30,281 nucleotides of DNA from a virus (IMGVR_UViG_3300025066_000108:1-30281), one strand, 5' to 3'; numbered from the stretch's first letter, positions 1 to 7,712 are shown. The notes: generated by a model not told the origin, from the letters alone. Made by a program: numbers and translations.

Positions 1-32
1 GTTTAGTAAAAAAAGGCTCTTATGATTGAAAA

Positions 33-137
33 CCCCCCCTTATAGGCTAAAAACGGCTATGCCCCTCATTTTTGGGCTAAAAAGCCGCACGCATTATTAG
101 GCTAATAATGGGGTATACCCTCATAACAGGCTAGAAA
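33..137. repeat. Non-coding repeat/palindrome cluster downstream of the HNH gene; probable cos/packaging-proximal region
   Basis: GGCTA(A/G) cores at 45, 75, 100 and 129 (spacing 30/25/29). Perfect palindrome CATTATTAG-G-CTAATAATG at 92-110, GGGTATACCC at 111-120, C7 run at 33-39. Position between HNH and the terminase module (assuming the ends join) is where cos lies in HK97-like phages. Confidence 0.5.
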
Positions 138-314
138 GGGCGTTTTTTTGCTCGCTATTTTCTGAGACGTTCTTTTTTTATTTAATTTATGCAGCCACAA
201 CATCATGAAGCCCTGTATGCCCTTCTAAGCATTTGATTCTCTTGATTGCATGACAACGCAACCACCGCGTATAGGTTTGCTGCATCCAATCCTGTGTCCT
301 TATACGGCACGCTG

Positions 315-683
315 CTACCTTGTTTCCTTCGCCGTCTTAATGGCGTGGCAACTGTGGCACAACGGCTGCAAGTTATTTAGTGCCAACCTAGCACCGCCTT
401 GTTTCAATGGCGTAATGTGGTCAACCATCGTGGCTACTGCATTCTGGCAGTGTCTGCATATCGGTTCGTTTGTTCGGACGTACTTGCTAACCTTTGCCCA
501 TGTCCAATCATATCCACGTTCACTTGCGTTACCTTCATGTTCTACACGTTTCTGTTCAGCCTGTGCCTTTACTTCTGCATTGCGTACTTCGCGTTCCTTG
601 TAACACTTGATGCAAAGTCTTGAACCATGCACGCCTTTGCCAGTGCAACCATTAACACAGAATGTTTTAACGCGCGAAGGCAT
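315..683 (-). CDS. HNH endonuclease (HK97 gp74-like terminase cofactor)
   Basis: CRHC...VDHITPLKQGG...NNLQPLCHSCHAIKT motif; N-terminal C-x4-C; terminal genome position. Confidence 0.92.
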   Translation of the reverse strand: MPSRVKTFCVNGCTGKGVHGSRLCIKCYKEREVRNAEVKAQAEQKRVEHEGNASERGYDWTWAKVSKYVRTNEPICRHCQNAVATMVDHITPLKQGGARLALNNLQPLCHSCHAIKTAKETR

Positions 684-973
684 TACAGTATCTTTGTTGT
701 TGCTCCACCGTGAATTGCTAGGATTGCATAAGCACAGCGCGCGCCTTCAATCCAATAATCCTTTACGTTGTCTGGCAACTTATCCCATTCAGGAAAGGCA
801 TCTTGTTCTTCGTCCCTGTCTACTGCTGCTCGACCTGCTACCGAAAGATGAATACCCACTGCCATTTCGTTTAGTAATTGTGCGGTTGGCTCTGGTATTG
901 TGGCATCGGTATGGTCTACCTTAACTGCATCGGGTTTTGGTTTAGGTTTACGCATATGAACATAAATCCTCAC
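683..973 (-). CDS. Hypothetical protein
   Basis: 96-aa ORF (GTG start); its TAA overlaps the HNH ATG (TAATG coupling). Confidence 0.7.
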   Translation of the reverse strand: MRIYVHMRKPKPKPDAVKVDHTDATIPEPTAQLLNEMAVGIHLSVAGRAAVDRDEEQDAFPEWDKLPDNVKDYWIEGARCAYAILAIHGGATTKIL

Positions 974-974
974 C

Positions 975-1103
975 TTACTTGCCCAACATTGCTTTCACAC
1001 GGTCTGCCATCCAGACACCCGCAATAAAAGAAACAGAACCTACCAAAAGAATAAACCAAACTGTTCCAAGAAAACTATCTAATCCACTTGCTAAAACATT
1101 CAT
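975..1103 (-). CDS. Small single-TM membrane protein (42 aa), possible lysis component
   Basis: Translated by hand: MNVLASGLDSFLGTVWFILLVGSVSFIAGVWMADRVKAMLGK; AAGGAG upstream; fills the gap between neighbouring genes. Confidence 0.7.
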   Translation of the reverse strand: MNVLASGLDSFLGTVWFILLVGSVSFIAGVWMADRVKAMLGK

Positions 1104-1107
1104 ACTA

Positions 1108-1491
1108 TCACTCCTTGTCTTTTAAGACTTGTTTGTACGTTACGTAACCCCACGCAATGCTGACCATTCCTGTTGCGATAAGCACAGGAATTAGAATCCA
1201 CGTTGCGAAAGTTGCCACAACGAAATTCAATATACAACAAAAAATTCCAATTAAAATTGCCCTCATTCCCATGCGACCACCAGAAATTACAAGCGCTGCA
1301 ATTCCTGCGAGTGTTGCAATTCCACCAACGAATGACAACATAGCCAACCCACCACCTGACTTGCCTACTTCACCCGCTACATGGCTTACCTTATCTGTTA
1401 ATGTTGGTTCTGGTGCAAACCATCTACCAACTGTACTACATCCTGCCAAGAAGAATACTAACAACGACAGGCACAAGACCTGCAAACGCAC
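1108..1491 (-). CDS. Putative lipoprotein with C-terminal transmembrane helices (spanin/holin-like)
   Basis: GTG at 1491 after AGGTG gives MRLQVLCLSLLVFFLAG|C (lipobox LAGC), then about 3 hydrophobic segments and a KQVLKDKE tail; start is inferred. Confidence 0.7.
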   Translation of the reverse strand: MRLQVLCLSLLVFFLAGCSTVGRWFAPEPTLTDKVSHVAGEVGKSGGGLAMLSFVGGIATLAGIAALVISGGRMGMRAILIGIFCCILNFVVATFATWILIPVLIATGMVSIAWGYVTYKQVLKDKE

Positions 1492-1666
1492 CAATAACAC
1501 CTGCTGCCATTCTCGATTGTGCAGCGTGAATTGCATACTGCTTTTCAAGTTTCTCAATCCGTTTACGCATTTGCCTAATGTCATGTTCTACTTCCTCTTG
1601 TCTGTGTAACACCAGTTTCTTGTTCTCTGTCCATCCGTTTTCGGATGGGTTATACTTCCCTGTCAT
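1436..1666 (-). CDS. Coiled-coil plus C-terminal TM protein (holin/XhlA-like architecture)
   Basis: Heptad segment EEVEHDIRQMRKRIEKLEKQ followed by hydrophobic AAGVIGAFAGLVPVVVSILLG; TAATG-coupled to the upstream gene. Confidence 0.65.
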   Translation of the reverse strand: MTGKYNPSENGWTENKKLVLHRQEEVEHDIRQMRKRIEKLEKQYAIHAAQSRMAAGVIGAFAGLVPVVVSILLGRM

Positions 1667-2010
1667 TAACCTTTATCTCCCTGTTTAGTTATCGTGGCGA
1701 CAACCGATTGGCAGAAACCTTTCAGGTCTGATGCACGCACGGTTATCAAAATATCTTGCCTATTCTTTTTTGAAACAACATAGGGGATTGCATCACCACA
1801 ATCAGCAACCGCTTGCATAAACGCTTTCCTAAGATTTAATTGCTCAGTCCATTTGCATTCAGGGTGTGTGTTGGGGAATCCACCAACAACATCTGCATTA
1901 CCCGCCAAGCCACAGTACTGCTGCCCACGCCTTGCATCTAATCCGAAGTTGTCACACAACCAATGTGCATATTCAAGTTCACCGCGTTTCCCTTTTGCTT
2001 TTGAGTTCAT
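1666..2010 (-). CDS. Holliday junction resolvase-like PD-(D/E)XK nuclease
   Basis: MNSKAKGKRGELE...ARRGQQYCG..GNADV...HPECK pattern typical of phage Hjc-like resolvases. Confidence 0.85.
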   Translation of the reverse strand: MNSKAKGKRGELEYAHWLCDNFGLDARRGQQYCGLAGNADVVGGFPNTHPECKWTEQLNLRKAFMQAVADCGDAIPYVVSKKNRQDILITVRASDLKGFCQSVVATITKQGDKG

Positions 2011-2488
2011 CACGTAACCTTTCTGCATTTGCTCTTTGTTCTTGGTAACTCATCCCGCGCCTGCGTAATTCTATTGCACCGAAGCCTGAGAGTCTAGCAG
2101 CAAGCCATTGTTGGTTTACATTTGTTGTGGTTGGCTTTGGTTCAAGCATTTGCATGGGGCATTCCGTTTGTGCTTGGCTTGCTATCGTATCATCAACAAA
2201 CTCTGTTTTTCTGTACCTTCTCTTGCCGTCCACATCTGTTAAATACCTTTCGCCGTTGGCGTTCCTGTATTTGTGCCGTACATCCATCGGCAGTGCATGC
2301 CAAAGGAATGTAGACAACGCGCCCTTCTCTGGTTTGTATCTGTCACGTTGCAGCAGGTGCATGGCAGCAATGAATGCTTCGCTGTGAAGTTCTGCCAACT
2401 CCCAACGTGGAAATAGACGTAACGCCTTGCGCGCCCAACGCAGGGTCAATTCACATAGCATGTCTTTATCTATTTCATTGGCATCCAT
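1979..2488 (-). CDS. Sigma-70 region-2-like transcription factor
   Basis: ELHSEAFIAAMHLLQRDRYKPEKGALSTFLWHALPMDVR resembles sigma region 2 (D/EL.qeg..g....yd..kg.fsty); possible C-terminal HTH (LSGFGAIELRRRGMS). Confidence 0.55.
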   Translation of the reverse strand: MDANEIDKDMLCELTLRWARKALRLFPRWELAELHSEAFIAAMHLLQRDRYKPEKGALSTFLWHALPMDVRHKYRNANGERYLTDVDGKRRYRKTEFVDDTIASQAQTECPMQMLEPKPTTTNVNQQWLAARLSGFGAIELRRRGMSYQEQRANAERLRDELKSKRETR

Positions 2489-2543
2489 GATTATTCAACA
2501 ACTTCCATGTTATATTATTGCATCGTCAGATTTTAGTAACAGG

Positions 2544-2586
2544 CACAAAAAAAGCCCCGCACAACAATTAAGTTGTACAGGGCTTG
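2544..2586 (-). terminator. Intrinsic terminator ending the second early-gene cluster
   Basis: Minus strand AAGCCCTGTACAAC-TTAATT-GTTGTGCGGGGCTT, running into a T7 tract. Confidence 0.85.
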
Positions 2587-2627
2587 CCTTAACTTACGAT
2601 GGAATCTTCGGCTACCAAAGTGGGGTG

Positions 2628-2897
2628 TCAGTCAAGGTCTTGTTCCTCAACTTCTTCGCTTGCATGGGAGTCTACCACATTGGCGGATGCAGGCGTGGAA
2701 GATTGTTGTACAGAATGAATAAGCAATCGGTTGTGCGTGTCAACTATCTTGACAAATGCCAACAGCATATCCTGTTCTATACGCCTTGCTGCCAATTCTT
2801 CTGGTTCTACTGGTTTACAGTTCACCCGCATTGCATCCAATTCACTTTTGGTTGGATGTTGCAGGTCACAATGAAACTTGTTGGTCTGTCTGTTCAT
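2628..2897 (-). CDS. Hypothetical protein
   Basis: 89-aa ORF overlapping the upstream stop; acidic C-terminus. Confidence 0.7.
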   Translation of the reverse strand: MNRQTNKFHCDLQHPTKSELDAMRVNCKPVEPEELAARRIEQDMLLAFVKIVDTHNRLLIHSVQQSSTPASANVVDSHASEEVEEQDLD

Positions 2898-3220
2898 AAT
2901 GCACCTGCCTGTTTGGTTAATGTTTCAAAAGTGACATGCTTAACAAACTCACTGTACTCATGCTTGCTACTTTCCCTTTCACCATCATCGCGACCCAACA
3001 CAAACATTGCCAACGCAATGCCACGCGGTGTACCTTGCACCGTCAACTTCTCCAACTTGGCTTGTGGATTGTTTGCACATGCTTCTTCATACTTTTCTTT
3101 TGCTTGTGCAAGCAATGCGAATGGCGTTCGCTGTGTGTAGTAGTGGTGGGTTTCTTCCGTAAACACAGTTGAGGTCACAATGTAGATTGAAGTTTTCAAA
3201 TAGTTTTTACGCTCTAACAT
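2894..3220 (-). CDS. Hypothetical protein
   Basis: 108-aa ORF, AAGGTGG upstream, tightly packed with neighbours. Confidence 0.7.
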   Translation of the reverse strand: MLERKNYLKTSIYIVTSTVFTEETHHYYTQRTPFALLAQAKEKYEEACANNPQAKLEKLTVQGTPRGIALAMFVLGRDDGERESSKHEYSEFVKHVTFETLTKQAGAL

Positions 3221-3623
3221 CTAAGCCACCTTCCACTATTTCATCTAACCGTGCGTTCAATTGCTGTTGATAGGATTTACGGTAACGGCATTCTTGCCAA
3301 GTGTAGGCTACGCCAATGAGAACGAACAGCCCTGCACCTATCCAACTTGTAATAGTTGCAACAGGTTGTTCGACAATTGTTATGCCAAGCGTGACAAAGA
3401 AAGTCACCGCCAACAAACACACAAATACTTCTTCCGCATTGTCTTGGCGTGTCATACGCATTGACTCTTTACGTTCTGTGCTGTTTGCTTTTGCCAGTGC
3501 TTTGTTTGCCCACAGGTCTGCTTGCTGTGCATACTTTCGATATGTGGCAACAGTTTTTGCACGGCTATTTATCGCCTTGACCAAACTATCACGCACCATT
3601 GCTATTTCATGTTGATTGTTCAT
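3207..3623 (-). CDS. Hypothetical membrane protein (2 TM)
   Basis: Hydrophobic segments VFVCLLAVTFFVTLGITIV and ITSWIGAGLFVLIGVAYTW; AAGGA RBS; ATGA overlap. Confidence 0.75.
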   Translation of the reverse strand: MNNQHEIAMVRDSLVKAINSRAKTVATYRKYAQQADLWANKALAKANSTERKESMRMTRQDNAEEVFVCLLAVTFFVTLGITIVEQPVATITSWIGAGLFVLIGVAYTWQECRYRKSYQQQLNARLDEIVEGGLDVRA

Positions 3624-3829
3624 GTTGTTTCCTTTTTAATTTCTTTGTTCAATTTTAATTGCTTATCCACGATTTCATGTCCTGCATTTATGCAGTTAAT
3701 TGTTAAATCCAAATCCCTGACTTGCCCATTTCGGAAGTTTGTTATCTGTGTACCCTTGCACATCAGGTCTGCCAAATCATCAGCAATGTGTAATACTTCT
3801 TTCAATGTTTCAAGTTGTCTGGTTTTCAT
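3620..3829 (-). CDS. Hypothetical protein (MKTRQLETLK...)
   Basis: AAAGGAAATAGCACAATG start; ATGA overlap with the upstream gene. Confidence 0.7.
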   Translation of the reverse strand: MKTRQLETLKEVLHIADDLADLMCKGTQITNFRNGQVRDLDLTINCINAGHEIVDKQLKLNKEIKKETT

Positions 3830-4032
3830 TGTGCTATTTCCTTTCCGTGCTGTGCAACCCAATAATCAATGATGGCACGCACTTCTTTATCTTTAAGGTC
3901 TTGGTCAAAGTCCTGCAAGTAAGTTCCCGCAGCACACATTCTGCAAACACCTGCAAGTTGTAAGGCAACAAGCAATACAACGTGGTCTGGTGTTAAACAC
4001 CGTGGTGTTTTAATCCTTGCCAAAGTTCTCAT
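3826..4032 (-). CDS. Hypothetical protein (MRTLARIK...)
   Basis: AAAGGAACAGCACAATG start, nearly identical to the start context at 3829. Confidence 0.65.
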   Translation of the reverse strand: MRTLARIKTPRCLTPDHVVLLVALQLAGVCRMCAAGTYLQDFDQDLKDKEVRAIIDYWVAQHGKEIAQ

Positions 4033-4186
4033 TGTGCTGTTCCTTTGTTTCTGCGATAAGTTCAAGTGCTGCATCTTCGATAAAGCCAATGCCTGTGACC
4101 TTGGTCAACAGTTGTTTGTTGCTGCCAGTGTGTTCTTCAATAACACGTTCCGCTTCTTCGTACATTTCATATTCAAGTTGTGTCAT
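4010..4186 (-). CDS. Small acidic hypothetical protein (MTQLEYEMYEE...)
   Basis: GAAAGGAA RBS and GGC-GAAA-GCC hairpin just upstream of ATG 4186; ORF-track start at 4228 is an alternative. Confidence 0.65.
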   Translation of the reverse strand: MTQLEYEMYEEAERVIEEHTGSNKQLLTKVTGIGFIEDAALELIAETKEQHNENFGKD

Positions 4187-4217
4187 AACATTATTCCTTT
4201 CGGCTTTCGCCTGTTTG

Positions 4218-4964
4218 TTATCCTTCAACCGATGCCAGATGGTTTACAAGTTCTCGTACTAATTTTTGTGAGTGTGTGTGCAATTCATCCCACCTGCCAA
4301 TGCTAGATTTGTTTGCTGTTTCCTTTGGTCTGCACCATTCATCAATGTATGCCATTGCTTCACCATACGTTTCAAAAGTGGCTTCCCATTTGTATTCGCC
4401 CTCTGGAATAACAAAGTAGTGGTGGTCATCAATGCCGATGTCATCTTGTGTGTAAGCACTTCGGTCTTTGTAGCCAAGCCAAGTAATACTGTATTCAGTA
4501 CCCATAACTTTGCCACCAAGTTCACGTTCAAACAATTCAATGGCTGCATCTTCCGAGTAACCAACCTTCATAATCCAAGCAATCATGTGCATTGGTGGTA
4601 GGTCTTGCATACTTTCCATCAAATCACATGCATCGTCATACATATCATCAGGTAATCTATTACCAGTTGCAGTACGCTTAATATCACTTTCAAAACTTGT
4701 TCCTTTGAATATGGAATCTGGCTTTTCTACTTCACTCATGGTTATTGCAACTGATTCAAACCATTTGTTGTCAAGTTTCAAACCACAAACTGCAATGTGG
4801 TGGCATAATTTTAACCATGCAAGGCGTTCCGCTTCTTCCATAGTTTCTGCTGCAAATGTCATTCCAATTATTTCTTCGCTTGGGTCTGTCACAACACCAA
4901 CCGAAGTTGTTGCTGCTATTGATTTCCCATTTGTGTGTTCGCAATTTTCTACTTTGTAATTCAT
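4218..4964 (-). CDS. Hypothetical acidic early protein (248 aa)
   Basis: Long ORF with GAAAGGAA RBS inside the repeated element. Confidence 0.8.
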   Translation of the reverse strand: MNYKVENCEHTNGKSIAATTSVGVVTDPSEEIIGMTFAAETMEEAERLAWLKLCHHIAVCGLKLDNKWFESVAITMSEVEKPDSIFKGTSFESDIKRTATGNRLPDDMYDDACDLMESMQDLPPMHMIAWIMKVGYSEDAAIELFERELGGKVMGTEYSITWLGYKDRSAYTQDDIGIDDHHYFVIPEGEYKWEATFETYGEAMAYIDEWCRPKETANKSSIGRWDELHTHSQKLVRELVNHLASVEG

Positions 4965-5006
4965 AACTGTAATTCCTTTCTAAGAATCGTTGTGCCTTGC
5001 GGCGGT
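4965..5006 (-). repeat. Intergenic repeat element, short copy A
   Basis: ACCGCC-GCAA-GGC-ACAACGATTCTTAGAAAGGAATTACAGTT-ATG; fills the whole gap from stop to start. Confidence 0.85.
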
Positions 5007-5279
5007 TTATCCCTGCTGTTGTAGATATAGTGGCAAGGTTTCCAAGTGTAGCAAGCGTTTCTTTTCCATTTTTTCTTCAAGACTAACTATCTCCCGAAGC
5101 GAGTTGATTGCGGCTTTTGCATTTTCGATATATGCTGTGTATGGGCAGTTTGGGTTTGACTCATCTTGGAATATGCACATATCTATAATTGTAATTCCTA
5201 ACCAATCCATTCGTTGATGTAATAGTGGCAATTTGTCCGCAGGTGTCATTGATATACACATTGTTGTTTCGTTGTTCAT
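5007..5279 (-). CDS. Hypothetical protein (MNNETTMC...)
   Basis: RBS GAAAGGAA in repeat copy B; true start inferred at 5279. Confidence 0.75.
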   Translation of the reverse strand: MNNETTMCISMTPADKLPLLHQRMDWLGITIIDMCIFQDESNPNCPYTAYIENAKAAINSLREIVSLEEKMEKKRLLHLETLPLYLQQQG

Positions 5280-5381
5280 CTTTATTTTCCTTTCAAGAAT
5301 CGTTTTGCCTTTCGGCGGTTTGTTCGCACCGAGTTGTGCGGATGGATACTCCCGCAGGAGTACCCGACCTCGCAACCTTGG
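5280..5381 (-). ncRNA. Structured intergenic element, long copy B (putative cis-regulatory RNA)
   Basis: AAGGTTGCGAGGTC-GGGTACTCC-TGCG-GGAGTATCC-ATCCGCACAACTCGGTGCGAACAAACC-GCC-GAAA-GGC-AAAACGATTCTTGAAAGGAAAATAAAG-ATG. Confidence 0.6.
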
Positions 5382-5651
5382 TTACTTAGTTCTGTAAGAA
5401 TCATCCCATTCTTTACCTGCGTAAAACTTGTAGTGACTTCTCGCTTCCTTTCCTTCGGGTGTGTCTGGTTGAGTATCCAAGCAACCATTTTCCCATTGTG
5501 AAATCCAGAAACAATTTCTGCACAGTTCGCAGTTTGATTCTCCATCACCTGTTTCTCTAGTTAGTTTCCCGCAATCATGGCAAGTGTAACATCCTGAACC
5601 TTTTTGGAATGTTTTTTTTCCCCATGTTTCGTTTGTTGTTTCGTTTTTCAT
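5382..5651 (-). CDS. Small zinc-finger-like protein
   Basis: CHDC...CELCRNC (CxxC pairs); RBS in repeat copy C. Confidence 0.75.
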   Translation of the reverse strand: MKNETTNETWGKKTFQKGSGCYTCHDCGKLTRETGDGESNCELCRNCFWISQWENGCLDTQPDTPEGKEARSHYKFYAGKEWDDSYRTK

Positions 5652-5753
5652 AACTGGTAATTCCTTTCAAGAATCGTTGTGCCTTTCGGCGGTTGTGTTC
5701 GCTACAAAGTTGTGCGGTGATACACACCCGCAGGTGTGCATCGCCTCGCAACC
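5652..5753 (-). ncRNA. Structured intergenic element, long copy C (putative cis-regulatory RNA)
   Basis: GGTTGCGAGGC-GATGCACACC-TGCG-GGTGTGTATC-ACCGCACAACTTTGTAGCGAACACAACC-GCC-GAAA-GGC-ACAACGATTCTTGAAAGGAATTACCAGTT-ATG; stem sequence differs from copy B but pairing is kept. Confidence 0.6.
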
Positions 5754-6026
5754 TTAGATTCTTTCAGACCAAAAACTTTCATCCTGCGGTGCTTCGCTGC
5801 TACCCCACTTAATCATTAAATCGATTCTTGACTTGCATTCTTTAATGGTTGAGTGACACCAAACAAGTTTGCCATAAGAATCATAAACATATCTTCGTGT
5901 GACCTTGCCACCATGTACGCCTCTGCTTGTTTCAGTAACAATCGCGAAGTTCCTGTAATCGATTTTGTTTTCTGCATTTTCGATGTTGCTCATTTTTTCT
6001 GCTTGTCGTTTTTCTGTGTTGAACAT
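5754..6026 (-). CDS. Hypothetical early protein (MFNTEKRQ...)
   Basis: First gene after the promoter; GAAAGG upstream of ATG 6026. Confidence 0.7.
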   Translation of the reverse strand: MFNTEKRQAEKMSNIENAENKIDYRNFAIVTETSRGVHGGKVTRRYVYDSYGKLVWCHSTIKECKSRIDLMIKWGSSEAPQDESFWSERI

Positions 6027-6071
6027 TGTTCTTGCCTTTCGTTTGGGGGTTTGTTTCCTTTGACTACGTGT

Positions 6072-6100
6072 ATATTGGCACAATCCACCCCATCTGTCAA
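6072..6100 (-). promoter_or_regulatory. Putative sigma70 early promoter
   Basis: TTGACA (6100-6095), 17-nt spacer ending in TGC, CAATAT (6077-6072); AT-rich upstream sequence. Confidence 0.6.
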
Positions 6101-6224
6101 GTAATAATAGGATAATTTTCAAGTTTTTTTGCTTTATGGCGTTTTCAGGCTAATAATGCACATATACCCACAAAAAAAGTAGTATATTCTTTGCTTTTAC
6201 CCTAGCCAAACGGCAAGAATGTGG

Positions 6225-6698
6225 TCAAAGAATACATGCAGCAGGTACATCGCGTGGTGTTACACGCTCTGCATACGGCACAAGTGTGCTGCGTTTTATC
6301 AGGTACGCTTCCTTCACGGTCGTATCACCTTGTTCAAAACCATTGCCACCAACATAAGTTTGCAGCATTGGATTCGTTTGTACGATGCAATCCTTAACAC
6401 GTTCGGGCTTGAACCAAATCACTTCATCGTTTGTGATGTATGCCCAATACGCAGCAAGTGTAACCATTAAGCCAGATGGTTTTCCACCCAACGAGATTTC
6501 AATAAATACGTTGCCAGTTTTGTGTGACATTGAATCAACCTTCACTTCTATGCCTGCGGATATTTCAGGCACAAATAAATCATACGCTTTGAAACTTCCT
6601 TCAATAGCAAATGCCTTTGGATAAGTTTTCTGCACACAGGCAAGAATTGCACGTTCTGCTTCCTTGCCTTCTTGCAAATCCAATTCAAAGAAACTCAT
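6225..6698 (-). CDS. PD-(D/E)XK restriction-endonuclease-like protein
   Basis: GKEAE...YDL...IEVKVD..SHKTGNVFIE...GKPSGL..T.AAYW pattern common in phage nucleases; ATGA overlap. Confidence 0.7.
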   Translation of the reverse strand: MSFFELDLQEGKEAERAILACVQKTYPKAFAIEGSFKAYDLFVPEISAGIEVKVDSMSHKTGNVFIEISLGGKPSGLMVTLAAYWAYITNDEVIWFKPERVKDCIVQTNPMLQTYVGGNGFEQGDTTVKEAYLIKRSTLVPYAERVTPRDVPAACIL

Positions 6699-7213
6699 GA
6701 CGATTGCATTTGCATGCTGCGGAATGCACACAAGAAACCGCAAAAGGTTTTTGACCAAGTAGACATATCAGCAGGGTTGTTTCTTTCTGCAAGCATTGGA
6801 TGGCGTTTCAAGAAAGTTTTTGCCCACTGTGTACGTTCGGCTGCATCCATGTCTTGCATGGTTTTCCAATTGCGAACACGGTCAAAGTTACAAACCTCAA
6901 CATGATGTAACCATTCTTCATTTTCTTTCTCGCGTTGCAAGACTGCTGAATTACTTTCATCCAATGGAATGCCTTGATGCCCTGCGCGTACTTGCCGAAA
7001 AGATTCTGCCAACCATTTGGGCTTTGGGTTTTCGCCTGTCCACTGGCTGTACATTTTCTTGCACGCTTCTTGCAACCACTCTTGATTGCACATTCCAAAC
7101 TGTTCCTTCCACGCCATGAGTTGTTGCGTGGTCACTTCCCACCGTGGATACAATCCCTTCAATACTTCCAACGTATCTTGCCAGTGCTGTTGTTTAGTTT
7201 CTAGTTCTTTCAT
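6695..7213 (-). CDS. Possible helicase loader/inhibitor (SPP1 G39P-like N-terminus)
   Basis: TLEVLKGLYPRW......LMAWKEQF....EWLQEAC pattern; lies downstream of the initiator; GGAG RBS before ATG 7213. Confidence 0.5.
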   Translation of the reverse strand: MKELETKQQHWQDTLEVLKGLYPRWEVTTQQLMAWKEQFGMCNQEWLQEACKKMYSQWTGENPKPKWLAESFRQVRAGHQGIPLDESNSAVLQREKENEEWLHHVEVCNFDRVRNWKTMQDMDAAERTQWAKTFLKRHPMLAERNNPADMSTWSKTFCGFLCAFRSMQMQSS

Positions 7214-7386
7214 ACTGTTACTCCAATCATTTTCAAAAAGACCCAAGCACCAAAGGAATACAAGAAACCTTTGAATGCAGTAAATGCAAACAACCAGAAA
7301 ATGTAATTCAATGAATACATGCAACCTCTTTGTTGTTTACGCTTCTCGATACCATCAACCAAACACGACCATTCTTTGTAATTCAT
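7210..7386 (-). CDS. Small membrane protein (58 aa)
   Basis: Translated by hand: MNYKEWSCLVDGIEKRKQQRGCMYSLNYIFWLFAFTAFKGFLYSFGAWVFLKMIGVTV; ATGA overlaps at both ends. Confidence 0.65.
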   Translation of the reverse strand: MNYKEWSCLVDGIEKRKQQRGCMYSLNYIFWLFAFTAFKGFLYSFGAWVFLKMIGVTV

Positions 7387-7712
7387 AGCAAGCCACCTGC
7401 ATCCAAATGTTCTTCTTCTATTTCACCAAACAAGGTTTCAAACCAATCAACGCCAAAAAACTGCAACACTGCAACTTCTCTTTTGCCATCTTTGCTGCAC
7501 AAAGTTAATGTGCATTCTGCCCATTCAACTTCGATGTCAGATGGTGACGGTGCTTCATCGCAATCTTCGTAAGAGGAAGAACCACACCGCATGCTTCCAC
7601 TACTTCCTGCGGTGTAGTTCACTTCCACTGTTGTTGCCAAAGCACCGTTGTACTTCTTGCCATTTATTTCAATGGTGCAATCATCTTTTTCTAAATTAAG
7701 TTCCATTTTCAT
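7383..7712 (-). CDS. Hypothetical acidic protein
   Basis: 109-aa ORF, AAAGGAA RBS, ATGA overlaps. Confidence 0.75.
   Translation of the reverse strand: MKMELNLEKDDCTIEINGKKYNGALATTVEVNYTAGSSGSMRCGSSSYEDCDEAPSPSDIEVEWAECTLTLCSKDGKREVAVLQFFGVDWFETLFGEIEEEHLDAGGLL

Noticed and set aside
2427-3140. 237-aa plus-strand ORF
   Set aside because: Overlaps three minus-strand genes and a minus-strand terminator; composition is not protein-like.
5280-5375. ORF-track N-terminal extensions (starts at 5375, 6122, 6758, 7324, 11687, 26431, 30076)
   Set aside because: They run through repeats, promoters or upstream genes; downstream ATGs with RBS or stop-start overlaps are better starts.
5280-5753. Intergenic elements as integron attC sites
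   Set aside because: The outer arms read GTT...AAC rather than RYYYAAC...GTTRRRY, there is no integron integrase in the window, and the loops (UNCG/GNRA) suggest RNA-level structure.
5280-5753. Elements as hammerhead or other known self-cleaving ribozymes, or as a c-di-GMP riboswitch
   Set aside because: No CUGANGA core and no recognisable consensus of those families by eye; only an Infernal search can fully exclude them.
4965-5753. CRISPR array
   Set aside because: Repeats are degenerate and separated by whole genes of about 270 bp, not 30-40 bp spacers; no cas genes.
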